Positions 20,009 to 31,316 are shown, counted from the stretch's first letter. The stretch is DNA of 64,000 nt from an uncultured Chloroflexia bacterium (GCA_963827475.1 CAWHAZ010000005.1:864001-928000), one strand, 5' to 3'. Notes: a model not told the origin generated them from the letters alone. Program-made: numbers and translations.

Positions 20009-20511
20009 CAGGGGGTGGTGATCTCCCTGCGCGCGAGCTCGAGCGCGGCGAGGGCTGCCGCGGCCTTGTTGCCGTCCCGGTCGTGGCTGAACACGTGGCG
20101 CTCGACGGTGGCGGGATGTCCCCGACGGGAGGCGGCGACGAAATGGAGGCCGACCGGCTTGTCCACTCCCCCGCCGTCCGGCCCGGCGATCCCGGTCACC
20201 GCCACGCCCAGGTCGGCGTCGAACCGGGTCCGGACGCCCACGGCCATGGCGTGCGCCACCTCCTCGCTGACCGCGCCGTGGCTGACGAGCAGGTCCGCCG
20301 GAACGTGCAGCTCCCGCTCCTTGGCCAGGTTCGAGTATGCGATCACGCCCCCGAGGTAGTAGCGGCTGGCGCCGGGGATCATGGTGATGACATGACCGAT
20401 GAGCCCCGCCGTGGAGGACTCGGCGGTGACGAGCGTCCACTCGGCGGCCAGCAACGCCTCCCCCAGGCCGGCCGCGGCCGATTCGAGATCGGTCTCGGCG
20501 GGCCCGCTCAT
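20008..20511 (-). CDS. CinA/PncC-family NMN deamidase
   Basis: TAESSTAGLI, PGASRYYLGGVIAYSN, HGAVSEEVA, VTGIAGPDGG..KPVG. Confidence 0.93.
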   Translation of the reverse strand: MSGPAETDLESAAAGLGEALLAAEWTLVTAESSTAGLIGHVITMIPGASRYYLGGVIAYSNLAKERELHVPADLLVSHGAVSEEVAHAMAVGVRTRFDADLGVAVTGIAGPDGGGVDKPVGLHFVAASRRGHPATVERHVFSHDRDGNKAAAALAALELARREITTP

Positions 20512-20996
20512 CGGTAGTTGATGAACTGGAGGGCGACCGGGTAGTCGAGTGCCCGCAGGTCGGTGATGACCGCCTGCAGGTCGTCCTTCTTGGGCGAGAT
20601 GACCCGCAGCGCGTCGCCCTGGATCGAGACCTTGACCTTGGGAAAGTGGTCGCGGACGTGCTTCGACAGCTCCTTGGCCTGCTCGGAGGTCAGGCCCCGC
20701 TTCAGACCGATGACCTGGCGGACGGTTCCGCCGGCAGCCGGCTCGACCTTCCCCCAGTCGAAGATCTTCAGGGAGAGGCTTCGCTTCACGGCCTTGGACT
20801 GGAGCAGGTCCTTGACTGCGGCAGCGCGGAAGTCGTCGTCGGCGATGAGGGTGATATCGGTCTTGCCCAGGTCGAGGGCGCTCTTCGAACCCTTGAAGTC
20901 GTATCGGGTCGCGATCTCGCGCCGGACCTGGTCCAGCGCGTTCACCAGCTCCTGCTGATCGAAGTCGCTCACCACGTCGAACGAGAAGTCTGCCAT
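20508..20996 (-). CDS. yajQ: YajQ-family nucleotide (c-di-GMP)-binding protein
   Basis: SFDVVS, ELVNALDQ, TRYDFKGS, IQGDALRV, KKDDLQ, LQFINYR. Confidence 0.97.
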   Translation of the reverse strand: MADFSFDVVSDFDQQELVNALDQVRREIATRYDFKGSKSALDLGKTDITLIADDDFRAAAVKDLLQSKAVKRSLSLKIFDWGKVEPAAGGTVRQVIGLKRGLTSEQAKELSKHVRDHFPKVKVSIQGDALRVISPKKDDLQAVITDLRALDYPVALQFINYR

Positions 20997-21007
20997 CGGT
21001 CCCTATC

Positions 21008-21757
21008 TTATGGGCTGGTGGGGCTGCCGCTCGGCAGCGCGGCGGGCGGCGCACTCGGGGCCGGGGTCGGTGTTTCGGGCGGCAGGGTGACCGTGATCGT
21101 GCGACTCACCGGGCTCGACGGGCGCAGGGTCACCGGGTCGGTCGCGACCAGGGTGATGACGTTCGAGCCGGGCACCAGCTCCACCCGGATCGTGAAGACT
21201 CCGGTGTCCGAGGCGGTCGTGCTCGGGTTCTCGCGGAGCCCGTCGACGGTGATCTCGGCATCCGGCACCGTCTCTCCACGGACGAGGTAGGAGGTGCTCC
21301 CGTAGGCGGCGATGTCGGTGGGCGGGTCGGTCACGATCAGGCCGGGCGTGCCGGCGAAGGTGAGGAACTGGTAGGCGAGGTACGACACGAACCCGACGAC
21401 CACCAGCAGGAGCGCCACTCGAACGAGGCGCGCTGTGGTGATGAGGGTCGTTCCCCGGGGCTCGACCGATGTCGGGCGCGGGGCGATGGGGGCGGGTTTC
21501 GCCTTCTCGGCCGGGTTCGTCTCCAGGCGGTAGAGATCGAGGCACCACTCGGGGTCGAGACCGAGGTACCGAGCGTAGTTGCGGACGAAGCCGCGGGTGT
21601 AGACCGGGTCCGGCAGGTCGCGGTAGTCGCCGGCCTCCAGCGCGGTCAGGTATCGGGCACGGATCCGGGTCTCGCGCTCAACGCGGGCGATGTCCCAGCG
21701 CTTCCCCTCGCGGGCCGCCCGGAGCGTCTGCCCCAGCGTGCGGCTCGCATCGGTCAT
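21008..21757 (-). CDS. RodZ-like HTH membrane protein with C-terminal beta-rich (Ig-like) domain
   Basis: LGQTLRAARE, TRIRARYLTALE, YTRGFVRNYARYLGLD, one TM; follows ftsK. Confidence 0.88.
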   Translation of the reverse strand: MTDASRTLGQTLRAAREGKRWDIARVERETRIRARYLTALEAGDYRDLPDPVYTRGFVRNYARYLGLDPEWCLDLYRLETNPAEKAKPAPIAPRPTSVEPRGTTLITTARLVRVALLLVVVGFVSYLAYQFLTFAGTPGLIVTDPPTDIAAYGSTSYLVRGETVPDAEITVDGLRENPSTTASDTGVFTIRVELVPGSNVITLVATDPVTLRPSSPVSRTITVTLPPETPTPAPSAPPAALPSGSPTSP

Positions 21758-24033
21758 GCCTCATCCTCACCCGGGCCGATCTCCCCGCCCCAGCCGTCGG
21801 GCGTGATGAGCACCTCGCGGAAGCGGCTGCCGTCGGCGGGGCCGACGATGCCGCGGTCCTCCATCTGGTCAAGGATGCGGGCCGCGCGGGCGTAACCCAC
21901 CCGCAGGCGGCGCTGGAGGAGCGACGCCGAGGCCTTGTCCGAGCGGCGGACGATATCGACCGCCTGGCGGAGCAGCGGGTCCGCATCGCCCTCGCCGTCG
22001 GTCCCGTCACCGTTGCGGTTGTCGCGGCGAGCCGCGGTGATCTCGGTCCGATAGCGCGGCGCGCCCTGGGCCTTCCAGAAGCGGACGAGGCCCTCGATCT
22101 CCGGGTCGGTGACCAGCACACCCTGGAGGCGAACGGCGCGCGGCGCGTCGATGGGCAGGTACAGCATGTCGCCGCGGCCGAGCAGGTCCTCCGCTCCCCC
22201 GGCGTCGAGGATCGTCCGCGAGTCGACGCCGCTGGTCATGGCGAACGCGATGCGGGACGGGATGTTGGCCTTGATCAGCCCGGTGACGACCTGGACCGAT
22301 GGGCGTTGGGTGGCAACGACGAGATGGATGCCGGTCGCCCGCGCCAGCTGGGCGATGCGAGTGATGGTGGCTTCGACCTCGTAGGCGCTCATCATCATCA
22401 GGTCCGCCAGCTCGTCGATCACGACCACGATGTACGGCATCCGCGGCTCGTCCGAGCGCAGCGCGGCGTTGTAACCGGCGATGTTCCGCACGCTCCGCAG
22501 CGCGAACTCGTGGTAGCGGCTCTCCATCGTGCCGACCGTCCACTTCAGAGCGTTGACCGCCTTCTCGGGCTCGACGATGACCTCGGTCAGGAGGTGCGGC
22601 AGGCCGCGGTACTGGGCCAACTCCACGCGCTTGGGGTCGATGAGGATGAGCTTCACCTCGTCGGGCTTGGCGCGCATGACCAGCGAGCAGATGAGCGCGT
22701 TCACGCACACGCTCTTGCCCGACCCGGTGGCGCCGGCGATGAGCAGGTGCGGCATCTTGCCGAGGTCCGCGGCCACCGGCTGGCCGGCCACGTCCTGGCC
22801 GAGCGCGAAGGCCAGCTCGCCCTCCGAGGCGACCTGGATCAGGACCTTGGAACCGAGCACCTCCTTGAGGGTGACCAGGTCGAAGGCCGCGTTCGGGATC
22901 TCGATGCCGACGAACGGCTCGCCCGGGATGGGGGCCTGAATCCGGATCGAGCGGGCGGACAGGGCGAGGGCGAGGTTATCGGCGAGGCCCTGGATGCGGG
23001 ACAGCTTGATCCCCGGGTCGACGTCGAGTGCGTACTGGGTGACGACCGGGCCCTCCTGGATGCGGGCCACCTTCACCCCGATGTCGAAGCTGGCCAACGT
23101 GTCCCTGATCCGGTTTCCCTTGGCCGTGAGGTCCATCTGGGCCGGACCGTTGCCCGGTGCGTCGGCGAGCAGGGTGAGGTCCGGCAGGGCCCACTCCTGG
23201 GCAGCCGCCTCGAGGGCGGCATCCACCGCTTCCCGCTCCCCGATCTCGGCCAGGTGCGCTTCCTCGCTGGACTCGATGTCCTCCTCGGTCGCCGGCGGCG
23301 GACTGACGATGGGCACGGCCACTGCGCTGGCAGCCGTGGCGGCGGCCATAGGAGCGGGCTCGGCCCGCTGCCGTCGAAGGATGAGGGGCGGATCCTCGGG
23401 GACGGGGCGACCGGTTGGCACTGGGGCCACGCCCGCCTTGGACCCCTTGCCACCAGCCGCCGCGGCGGCTGCGGCGGGGCCTACTTCTTCCTGGCGGCGG
23501 GACCAGGCGGTGAACACGTCCCCGATGGTCATGTTGAAGAAGAGCAGGAAGCCAACGACCAGCAGCAGGAACAGCACGATGGCCGCGCCAGTGGTGCCGA
23601 GCAGCAGCACGAGCGGAGCGCACATCAGGGTGCCGATCACCCCTCCCCCATCGCCCGGCGGCACGACCGCGCCCGCGCCGCCGACCGCCAGTTGGAACAG
23701 CCCCAGCAGCGAGAGCGTCACGAGGAGCACGCCGAGGGCGGAGATGATCCGCTCAGTCGGCACGGTGCGCATCCAGAGCAGGAGCGCGGCGAGCAGGAGG
23801 AGGGCAGGAGCGAAGAAGATCCCCCACCCGAGCATCGTCTCGAGGAAGTCTCGCCAGAGCGCCACCCCGGCCGCGGCGTCCGGGGTCAGGATGGCCAGCA
23901 GCGACACCAGGGCCAGGACGACGAGCACGATGGCGCCGACCTCGCGGACGACGCGGCGGCTGATCCGGATCCCGGTGTTCGCCGCCCTCCGGGCCCGCTT
24001 CTGGCGCCGCGAGCGACTCCTCGCCTTGGCCAT
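21754..24033 (-). CDS. ftsK: DNA translocase FtsK
   Basis: 4-TM N-terminus, MPHLLIAGATGSGKS, IDPKRVEL, IDELADLM, ATQRPS, LLGRGDML, gamma domain LQRRLRVGYARAAR. Confidence 0.98.
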   Translation of the reverse strand: MAKARSRSRRQKRARRAANTGIRISRRVVREVGAIVLVVLALVSLLAILTPDAAAGVALWRDFLETMLGWGIFFAPALLLLAALLLWMRTVPTERIISALGVLLVTLSLLGLFQLAVGGAGAVVPPGDGGGVIGTLMCAPLVLLLGTTGAAIVLFLLLVVGFLLFFNMTIGDVFTAWSRRQEEVGPAAAAAAAGGKGSKAGVAPVPTGRPVPEDPPLILRRQRAEPAPMAAATAASAVAVPIVSPPPATEEDIESSEEAHLAEIGEREAVDAALEAAAQEWALPDLTLLADAPGNGPAQMDLTAKGNRIRDTLASFDIGVKVARIQEGPVVTQYALDVDPGIKLSRIQGLADNLALALSARSIRIQAPIPGEPFVGIEIPNAAFDLVTLKEVLGSKVLIQVASEGELAFALGQDVAGQPVAADLGKMPHLLIAGATGSGKSVCVNALICSLVMRAKPDEVKLILIDPKRVELAQYRGLPHLLTEVIVEPEKAVNALKWTVGTMESRYHEFALRSVRNIAGYNAALRSDEPRMPYIVVVIDELADLMMMSAYEVEATITRIAQLARATGIHLVVATQRPSVQVVTGLIKANIPSRIAFAMTSGVDSRTILDAGGAEDLLGRGDMLYLPIDAPRAVRLQGVLVTDPEIEGLVRFWKAQGAPRYRTEITAARRDNRNGDGTDGEGDADPLLRQAVDIVRRSDKASASLLQRRLRVGYARAARILDQMEDRGIVGPADGSRFREVLITPDGWGGEIGPGEDEA

Positions 24034-24038
24034 CGGTG

Positions 24039-25701
24039 TCAGACCTCGAGCACGATGGGCAGGATCATCGGTCGGCGGTGAGTCTTCTCGTAGAAGAAGC
24101 GGCTGAGCACGTCGTGGATCTTCGACTTCAGGTACCCCGGCTCCGCCCGCTGGCCCTCGCCGGTCTGCTCCAGCGCCTTGGCGAGGTGAGCGCGAGCCTC
24201 CTCCATCACCGGGTCGTCGGGGTCGGACAGGAAGCCGCGGCCGGTGAGGTCGGGGCCGCTCACGGGCCGTCCGGTGGCCGCGGCCACGGTCAGGGCCACG
24301 GTCACTACACCGTCCATGGCGAGCGCCCGCCGGTCACGGAGAATGACCCCGTCCACGCCGTCCACGGCGGCCAGGCCGTCCACCAGCACCGCGCCGGCCG
24401 GGACGCTGCCCGCGAGTCGGGCCCGCTGCCCGTCGAACTCGACCACCTGTCCATTCTGCAGGACGAAGATGCGGTCGACGGCCACCCCGGCCCCCTCGGC
24501 CAGCAGCGCATGCTGGACGAGCATCCGGTACTCGCCGTGGACCGGGATGAAGTGGCGCGGCTTGGCCAGGCCGAGCATGAGCTTGAGCTCCTCGCGCGAG
24601 CCGTGGCCCGAGACGTGGCAGTGGGTCATCGGCTCGTAGTGGACCATCGCGCCTTCCTTGAACAGGTTGTCGATGGTCCGCGCGACCGCCTCCTCGTTGC
24701 CGGGGATCGGCGAGGCGGACAGGATCACCGTGTCGCCGGGCACGATCGTGATGCTCCGGTGGTCGCGGTTGCTCATCCGGGTCAGCCCGGACATCGGCTC
24801 GCCCTGCGAGCCGGTGGTGACGACCATCAGTCGCGACGGGTCCAGTCGGTCGAGCTGGTCCTTGCGCACGACCGTGCCGTCGCGCCCATCGAGATAGCCC
24901 AGCTCGGTGGCGATGGCCGCGTTCTGCTCCATGCTCCGACCGATGAGCACGACCTTGCGGCCGTGCTCCGCGGCGGCATCGATGGCCTGTTGCACGCGAC
25001 CGATGTTCGACGCGAAGGTGGCCATGATGACCCGGCCTTGGGCGGCCCCGATCAGCTGGCGGAGCGACTCCCCGACCGTGGCCTCGGACAGCGTGTAGCC
25101 CTCGCGCTCGGCCCGCGTCGAGTCCGACAGGAGGAAGTCCACGCCCTGCTTCCCCCACTCGGCGATGAGGCCGAGATCGGCGCGCGTCCCGTCCGGTGGG
25201 GTGTGGTCGAACTTGAAGTCCCCGGTGTGGATGATCGTCCCCCGCTGATGGCGGATCGCGAACCCGACGCCGCCGGGAATGGAGTGGTTGACCCGGAACG
25301 GGGTGATCGCGGAACGCGCCGACCGTGAACTCGACCCCCGGCTCGACCTCGTGGAGGGTGGTCGAGCCGAGCAGCTTGTGCTCCTTGAGCTTGCCGGTGA
25401 CCAGGCCGATGGTCAGCTTGCTGGCGTAGATCGGGGTGCCGCTGATCCGGGGCAGGACGTACGGCAGGCCGCCGGTATGGTCCTCGTGGCCGTGGGTCAG
25501 GACGATGCCGCGGACCTGGTCGCGGTGCTCGGCGAGATAGGTCGCGTCGGGCACGACCAGGTCGATGCCGAGCATGTCCGGATCGGGGAAGGCGAGACCG
25601 CAGTCGACGACGACGATCTCGTCATCGGCCTCGATGGCGGTGATGTTCTTGCCGACCTCGCCGACCCCGCCCAGCGGGATGATGCGTAGGGTTCCTGGCA
25701 T
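24039..25701 (-). CDS. rnj: Ribonuclease J; frameshift near 25310
   Basis: PLGGVGEVGKN, THGHEDH, HTGDFK, FASNIGR, TGSQGEP, HVSGH, PVHGEYR. Confidence 0.96.
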
Positions 25702-25724
25702 TGGGTCCTTTCAGATAGCTGTGT

Positions 25725-26420
25725 TCAGAAAAGTGTGAGTTGGTCGTCGTCCCGGGACGCCGGCAGCGGCGCCTCGGCGGGTGAGTCACCCGGCGAGTCA
25801 CCCGGCCCCACGGGCGTGATTCCCTGGTCTGCCCCCTCCGCCTGCTCGGCGGCGAGCGCCTCGCGCGCCTCCAGGAGCGCCGCCGGCAGCGCCGCGAAGT
25901 CTCGGGCCAGCGTCTCGCGCAGGGCCGTGGCCCGGAGCGCGGCAGCGGGATGGTACATCGGCAGCACAAACCGGCTGCCCGATCGGCGGAGGCGGCCGTG
26001 GACCTCCGAGATGCGCGCCCCGGGCAGGTAGCGCTGGAGCGAATACCGGCCGAGGGTCACGATCAGGACCGGGTCCAGCGCCCGCTCCTGGCGGTCGAGG
26101 TACGGGCCGCACGCGGCGATCTCGGTCGGCTCAGGGTCCCGGTTGCCGGGCGGGCGGCACTTCACCACGTTGGTGATGAACACGTCGCTCCGCCCCCAGC
26201 CGATCGAGCCGAGCATCTCCTCGAGGAGCTGTCCAGCGGCGCCCACGAACGGGCGGCCGGTGGCGTCTTCCCGCTGGCCGGGCCCCTCCCCAACGAGCAG
26301 GACGTCGCTGATCAGGTTCCCCTCCCCTGGAACGGCCAACGTGCGGCCGTTCGCCAGGGGACAGCGGGTACAGGCTCGCACCTCGGCCGCGACCGCGGCG
26401 AGATCGGCCTCCCCGCTCAT
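25725..26420 (-). CDS. Uracil-DNA glycosylase, family 4 (Fe-S)
   Basis: CTRCPL, GEGPG, GRPFVGAAG, TNVVKCRPP.NRDP, YHPAA. Confidence 0.96.
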   Translation of the reverse strand: MSGEADLAAVAAEVRACTRCPLANGRTLAVPGEGNLISDVLLVGEGPGQREDATGRPFVGAAGQLLEEMLGSIGWGRSDVFITNVVKCRPPGNRDPEPTEIAACGPYLDRQERALDPVLIVTLGRYSLQRYLPGARISEVHGRLRRSGSRFVLPMYHPAAALRATALRETLARDFAALPAALLEAREALAAEQAEGADQGITPVGPGDSPGDSPAEAPLPASRDDDQLTLF

Positions 26421-26436
26421 TCGGGGATTGTCCGCC

Positions 26437-29070
26437 TTACGAGCGCTCCGCGTCCGACCCGGCCGCAGCCCCGACGCCGGAGTGGGCCATGTGCCGCTCC
26501 ATCGCCGCGCGCCGGCTGAGGTTGACGCGACCCATGCGGTCGATCTCGGTCACGACCACCATCAGCTCGTCGCCGATGGTCACGACGTCCTCGACGCGAG
26601 CCACCCGGTAGTCGGCCAGCTGGCTGATGTGGACCAGCCCCTCCTTGCCCGGCAGGATCTCGACGAAGGCCCCGAAGTTCATGATCCGGGTGACCTTGCC
26701 GAGGTACTCCTTGCCGACCTCGACGTCGCGGGTCAGGCCCTCGATCCAGCGGACCGCCTTCTCGGCGGCCTCGCCGTCCACGGCGGCAATCTGGATCGTG
26801 CCGTCGTCCTCGACGTTGATCTGGGTTCCGGTCTCGGCCGTGATCTGGCGGATCACCTTGCCGCCGGCGCCAATGACGTCGCGGATCTTGTCGACCGGGA
26901 TCTTCAGGGTCGTGATCCGTGGCGCGTACGGGCTCAGCTCCGAACGGCTGGCGCTGATGACCGAGGTCATCTTGTCCAGGATGAACAGTCGCGCGGTGCG
27001 CGCCTGCTCCAGGGCGTCGCGGAGGATCTCCGCCGTGATGCCGGCCACCTTGATGTCCATCTGGAGGGCGGTCACGCCCTCGGCCGTGCCGGCCACCTTG
27101 AAGTCCATGTCGCCGTACGCGTCTTCCTTGCCGGTGATATCGGTCAGGACCGCGTAGCGGTTGGTGTCCGGGTCGGTGATCAGGCCCATGGCCGCGCCGG
27201 CCACCGGGGCCGAGATCGGCACGCCGGCGTCCATCAGCGACAGGGTGCTGCCGCAGGTGCTCGCCATCGAGGTCGAGCCGTTGGACGACACCACCTCGCT
27301 GACGACGCGGATGACGTACGGGAACTCGTCAACCGAGGGCAGGACCGGCAGCAGCGCCCGCTCGGCGAGCGCGCCGTGGCCGATCTCTCGGCGGCCGGGG
27401 CCCCGCATCGGTCGTGACTCACCCACCGAGTACGGCGGGAAGTTGTAGTGGTGGAGGTACCGCTTCTCGGTCTCCGGCCCGATCGTGTCCAGGCGCTGGA
27501 CGTCGCTCGAGGGACCGAGGGTGGCGATGGACAGGGCCTGGGTCTGGCCGCGGGTGAACAGGCCCGAGCCGTGCGTCCGCGGCAGGACGCCGACCTCGAC
27601 CGAGATCGGTCGGATGGTCGTCGCGTCGCGGCCGTCGATCCGGATGTTCTCCGACAGGACGAGCTCGCGAGCGCCGGCCTTGGTCAGGACGTCCATCAGG
27701 GGCGAGCCGATGCCGTGGCGGCGGCGGACGTCCTCCAGGGCCTGTCCCTGCTCGGCGCGGTTGTACGCTTCCTTGCCCCGCCGAATTTCGGCCGCGATAT
27801 CGGCCCGGACAGCGTCCAGCCGCTCGATGAGGTTGCCGGTCAGGCTGATGAACAGCTCGGCGGTGGCCTCCGCGTCGGGCATGGCCCGGTGCGCAGCCGG
27901 ATGGTCCTTGCCGAAGATGAAGCGCATGAGGTCGGCCAGCTTGTAGCCGCCGGCATCGGGGTAGAGCTGGTAGGCCAGCTCGAGGGTGTCGTAGATCGCG
28001 CTGGGAGCCCACTCGACGTCATTCGGCAGATGGCGCAGCACGAACGGCAGGTCGAAGGCCACGTTGTGGGCCACCACCGGGGCGTTGCCGACCCACTCGA
28101 CGAACTTGGGGAGCACCTCGGCCGCGGTCGCGGCGGAGGACACGTCTTCATCGGTCAGGCCGTGGATCTGGTGACCGATGATCGAGCGACCGGGGTTGAC
28201 CAGCGACTCGAAGCGGTCGACCACTTCGCCGTCCCGCACGCGCAGGGCGGCGATGTCCACGATGTAGCCCTGCTCGGGCTTCATGGCCGTGGTCTCGACG
28301 TCGAGGATCACGAACTCGGCGCCCTTCTGGCTGAGGGCGCGGCCGAGCTTGACGATGGAGTCGGCCTTCGGGCCGATGAACGGCGAGCGCTTGGGCGTCC
28401 CGGAGTTGGCGACCAGCTTCTCCTGGATGTCGATCGACTTCTGGAGCTCGCTGTGGCCCCAGGTGATCGCGTCGAGCATGACCGCCTCGGGCAGGATCTT
28501 CGCCCCGGCCTCGACCATCATGATCGCGTCGCGGGTGCCGGCCACGACCAGGTCCATGTCGCTGTTTTCCAGCTGGCTGGTCGTCGGGTTGGCCACGAAC
28601 TGGCCGTCGACCCGGCCGACGCGGACGGCGCCCACGGGGCCGAGGAACGGGATGCTGCTCACGCTGAGCGCGGCCGAAGCGCCGTTCACGGCGAGGATGT
28701 CGGGGTCGTTCTCCTGGTCCGCGCTGAGGACGGTCAGGACGACCTGGACGTCGTTCTTGTAGCCCTTCGGGAACAGGGGGCGAATCGGCCGGTCCGTGAG
28801 GCGCATGGCCAGGATGGCCGCCTCCGACGGGCGCGACTCGCGCTTGATGAAGCCGCCGGGGATCTTGCCCGCGGCGTACATCCGCTCCTCGTAGTCGACG
28901 GTGAGCGGGAAGAAGTCGATCCCCTCCCGGGGCTCGGACGAGACGGCGGTGGCGAGCACGACCGTGTCGCCGTAGCGGAGCACGACGGCGCCGTCCGCCT
29001 GTTCGGCGAGCTTGCCCGTCTCCATGGACAGGGTCTGCCCGCCGATTTCAGTTTCAACCTTGATGGCCAA
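26437..29070 (-). CDS. pnp: Polyribonucleotide nucleotidyltransferase with an internal DEDDh exonuclease domain (877 aa)
   Basis: [75 protein letters not shown] and S1 domains; about 160-aa insertion with DVETT/HNVAFD/HRAMPD. Confidence 0.98.
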   Translation of the reverse strand: MAIKVETEIGGQTLSMETGKLAEQADGAVVLRYGDTVVLATAVSSEPREGIDFFPLTVDYEERMYAAGKIPGGFIKRESRPSEAAILAMRLTDRPIRPLFPKGYKNDVQVVLTVLSADQENDPDILAVNGASAALSVSSIPFLGPVGAVRVGRVDGQFVANPTTSQLENSDMDLVVAGTRDAIMMVEAGAKILPEAVMLDAITWGHSELQKSIDIQEKLVANSGTPKRSPFIGPKADSIVKLGRALSQKGAEFVILDVETTAMKPEQGYIVDIAALRVRDGEVVDRFESLVNPGRSIIGHQIHGLTDEDVSSAATAAEVLPKFVEWVGNAPVVAHNVAFDLPFVLRHLPNDVEWAPSAIYDTLELAYQLYPDAGGYKLADLMRFIFGKDHPAAHRAMPDAEATAELFISLTGNLIERLDAVRADIAAEIRRGKEAYNRAEQGQALEDVRRRHGIGSPLMDVLTKAGARELVLSENIRIDGRDATTIRPISVEVGVLPRTHGSGLFTRGQTQALSIATLGPSSDVQRLDTIGPETEKRYLHHYNFPPYSVGESRPMRGPGRREIGHGALAERALLPVLPSVDEFPYVIRVVSEVVSSNGSTSMASTCGSTLSLMDAGVPISAPVAGAAMGLITDPDTNRYAVLTDITGKEDAYGDMDFKVAGTAEGVTALQMDIKVAGITAEILRDALEQARTARLFILDKMTSVISASRSELSPYAPRITTLKIPVDKIRDVIGAGGKVIRQITAETGTQINVEDDGTIQIAAVDGEAAEKAVRWIEGLTRDVEVGKEYLGKVTRIMNFGAFVEILPGKEGLVHISQLADYRVARVEDVVTIGDELMVVVTEIDRMGRVNLSRRAAMERHMAHSGVGAAAGSDAERS

Positions 29071-29202
29071 GAGTTTCCTCCAATGTGGTGGTCCGCTCCG
29101 GCGCGGCAGACCCGGATCGGGTGGCGCGGCACGGACGGGGTGCGTCGCGAAGGACGCGAAATACGGGAATCCCGGCGGAGCCGGGTCAGTGGGTAGGTGA
29201 CG

Positions 29203-29472
29203 TTACCTTCGCAGGCCGAGTCGGCCGATGACCGCGCGATAGCGGTCCACGTCCGTGCGGACGAGGTAGGCCAGGAGTCGGCGGCGCTGCCCGACGAGCT
29301 TCAACAGCCCGCGGCGCGAGGCATTGTCGTTGGGATAGCTGCGGAGATGATCGGTCAATGACTTGATCCGCTCGGTCAGGAGCGCGATCTGCACCTCGGG
29401 CGAACCGGTGTCGCCGTCGTGGGTGGCGAAGTCATTGGCGACAGCGACCTTCGTTGCCGGGTCGAGCGGCAT
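29203..29472 (-). CDS. rpsO: 30S ribosomal protein S15
   Basis: [36 protein letters not shown]. Confidence 0.99.
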   Translation of the reverse strand: MPLDPATKVAVANDFATHDGDTGSPEVQIALLTERIKSLTDHLRSYPNDNASRRGLLKLVGQRRRLLAYLVRTDVDRYRAVIGRLGLRR

Positions 29473-29513
29473 TCATCCTCCAATTTCAAACGTCTTTCGT
29501 CCGGCGCATCGTA

Positions 29514-30447
29514 TCAGACGGCCACGTTGAGCGCGGCGCGGGCATCGGATTCGTCCCGTTTCATCTGCTCGATCAGATCGTCGACCGATGCAAATGTGCG
29601 TTCCTCGCGCAGGCGGGCCGCGACCTCAACCCGCAGCTCCTGGTCGTACAGGTCGCCGTCCCAGTCGAGGAGATGGGCCTCGAAGACAACGTCGCCATCG
29701 GTATGGAACACCGGACGTCGGCCGACGCTGATCAGCGCTGGTTGACCGATGGCCCAGCCGGCGTAGATGCCGAGCGCCGGCAGTGCGGGACGGTAGCCAA
29801 AGGCGAGGTTGGCGGTGGGATAGCCGAGCTCGCGGCCGCGACCGTCGCCACGGACCACGGTCCCGGTCACCGCCGACAGGCGACCGAGGAGCCGATGCGC
29901 GGTCTCCACGTCACCGTCGGCCAGGGCCTGGCGGATCCGGGACGAGGAGATCACGCCGTCGTCCGTCTCGGGCTCGACGAGCACGACCTCGAACCCGCGC
30001 TGGGCGCCAATCTCCGTCAACCGCTCCGGCGTACCGGCTCGGTCCTTCCCGAACGAGCTATCCGGGGTCATGAGCGATGGCAACGGGGCGTAGGCCAGGT
30101 CCCAACCGGTCGAGGAACACCTCGGGCGGCAAATCGCGGACGGCGGGGTCGAACCGCACGGCGAGGGGCTGGACGCCCACCGCCGCGATGTGCTCGAGGT
30201 TCTCTGCCAGCGGAGCAAGACGCTCCACGGTGCGGTCCGTGCGGATGACCTCGATCGGCGATGGGTCGAAGACGAGCGCCACCGGCTGGGCATCGCGGGC
30301 CGCGGCTGCCTCCCGGGTCGCCGAGAGGAGGTACCGATGTCCCCGATGCACTCCGTCGAAGACGCCGAGCGCGAGCGCGACCGGCCCGATCGACAGCTCG
30401 GCGACCTCGTCGAGGGCGAGGACGCGGTGGGTGATGGTGGCAGTCAT
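29514..30447 (-). CDS. ribF: Riboflavin kinase/FAD synthetase; frameshift near 30075
   Basis: GVFDGVHRGH, ISSSRIR, GRELGYPTAN, EAHLLD..GDLY. Confidence 0.95.
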
Positions 30448-31316
30448 CCGCCTTCGACCAGCACAGTCCGCGGATGGAGGCGGCCGTCCCGCAGCTCCCC
30501 GATCCCGAGCAGCCCGGACGGCCCGTGGACCTGGACCCGCCCCTCACCGAACCACGCCAGCTCTCCGCCGTGGGTGAATCGGCTCGCCTGGTCGGCGTCG
30601 AGGGTCACCGGCTGCAAGTCGAGCAGGCGCTCGACGGGAATGATTGCCACGTCCAGCCGCCCCTCGGTGGCCAACGACTCCAGCGCATCCGGCGTCCGCC
30701 CCTCGGTGGCGGTCAGTCCCGCGGCCTCCGTCCGGCGCAGGGCGTGGAGGTAGCCGCCGCAGCCCAGCTGCTCCCCGAGGTCCCGGGCCACCGAGCGCAC
30801 GTAGGTTCCCGGACCGGTCTCGAGGTCGAGGCGGACGTCGAGCCAGCCCTCGCCCTGAGTCGTGCCCAGCAGCCTGATCGCGTGGATCGTGACCTCTCGT
30901 GGCTCGAGCTCCAGCACCGATCCCCCGCGTGCGGCCTCGTAGGCGACCACACCGCCCGACTTGCGCGCGGAGTAGGCCGGCGGCCGTTGCGCGAACGTGC
31001 CGACGAACCCGGGGAGCACCTCCCGGACCGCGTCCTCGCCAGGCGGCTCGGTGCCGGGTTCGATCGGTCCCTCGCCGTCATCGGTCCGTGACCGGAATCC
31101 CAGGCGGACCACCGCGTCGTACCGCTTCCGGCCCCCGGTCAGCTCCTGGGACAGCCGGGTAGCGGGCCCGACCAGGATCGGCAGCACGCCTGATGCCAGT
31201 GGATCCAGGGTGCCGGCGTGCCCGATTCGGCGCAGCCCGGTCAGCCGTCGGACGAGGCCGACCATGTCGTGCGAGGTGGGACCGACCGGCTTGTCGAGGT
31301 TAATGACGCCGATCAT
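30444..31316 (-). CDS. truB: tRNA pseudouridine(55) synthase
   Basis: DKPVGPTSHD, GHAGTLDPLASGVL, PPAYSA, GTYVRS. Confidence 0.98.
   Translation of the reverse strand: MIGVINLDKPVGPTSHDMVGLVRRLTGLRRIGHAGTLDPLASGVLPILVGPATRLSQELTGGRKRYDAVVRLGFRSRTDDGEGPIEPGTEPPGEDAVREVLPGFVGTFAQRPPAYSARKSGGVVAYEAARGGSVLELEPREVTIHAIRLLGTTQGEGWLDVRLDLETGPGTYVRSVARDLGEQLGCGGYLHALRRTEAAGLTATEGRTPDALESLATEGRLDVAIIPVERLLDLQPVTLDADQASRFTHGGELAWFGEGRVQVHGPSGLLGIGELRDGRLHPRTVLVEGG

Noticed and set aside
20508-20996. yajQ as part of the c-di-GMP module
   Set aside because: It lies 9 kb away on the opposite strand in a housekeeping operon; proximity is probably incidental.
21469-24081. Very long antisense or alternate-frame ORFs (e.g. 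21469-24081, 1931-4042, 39624-41825, 56372-58387)
   Set aside because: Shadow frames of real genes caused by high GC3 and scarce stop codons; Arg/Gly/Pro-rich with no motifs.
27841-28320. PNPase insertion as an intein or mobile element
   Set aside because: No Cys/Ser-start or His-Asn-end splicing motifs, no homing-endonuclease motifs and no terminal repeats; it reads as a plain DEDDh domain.
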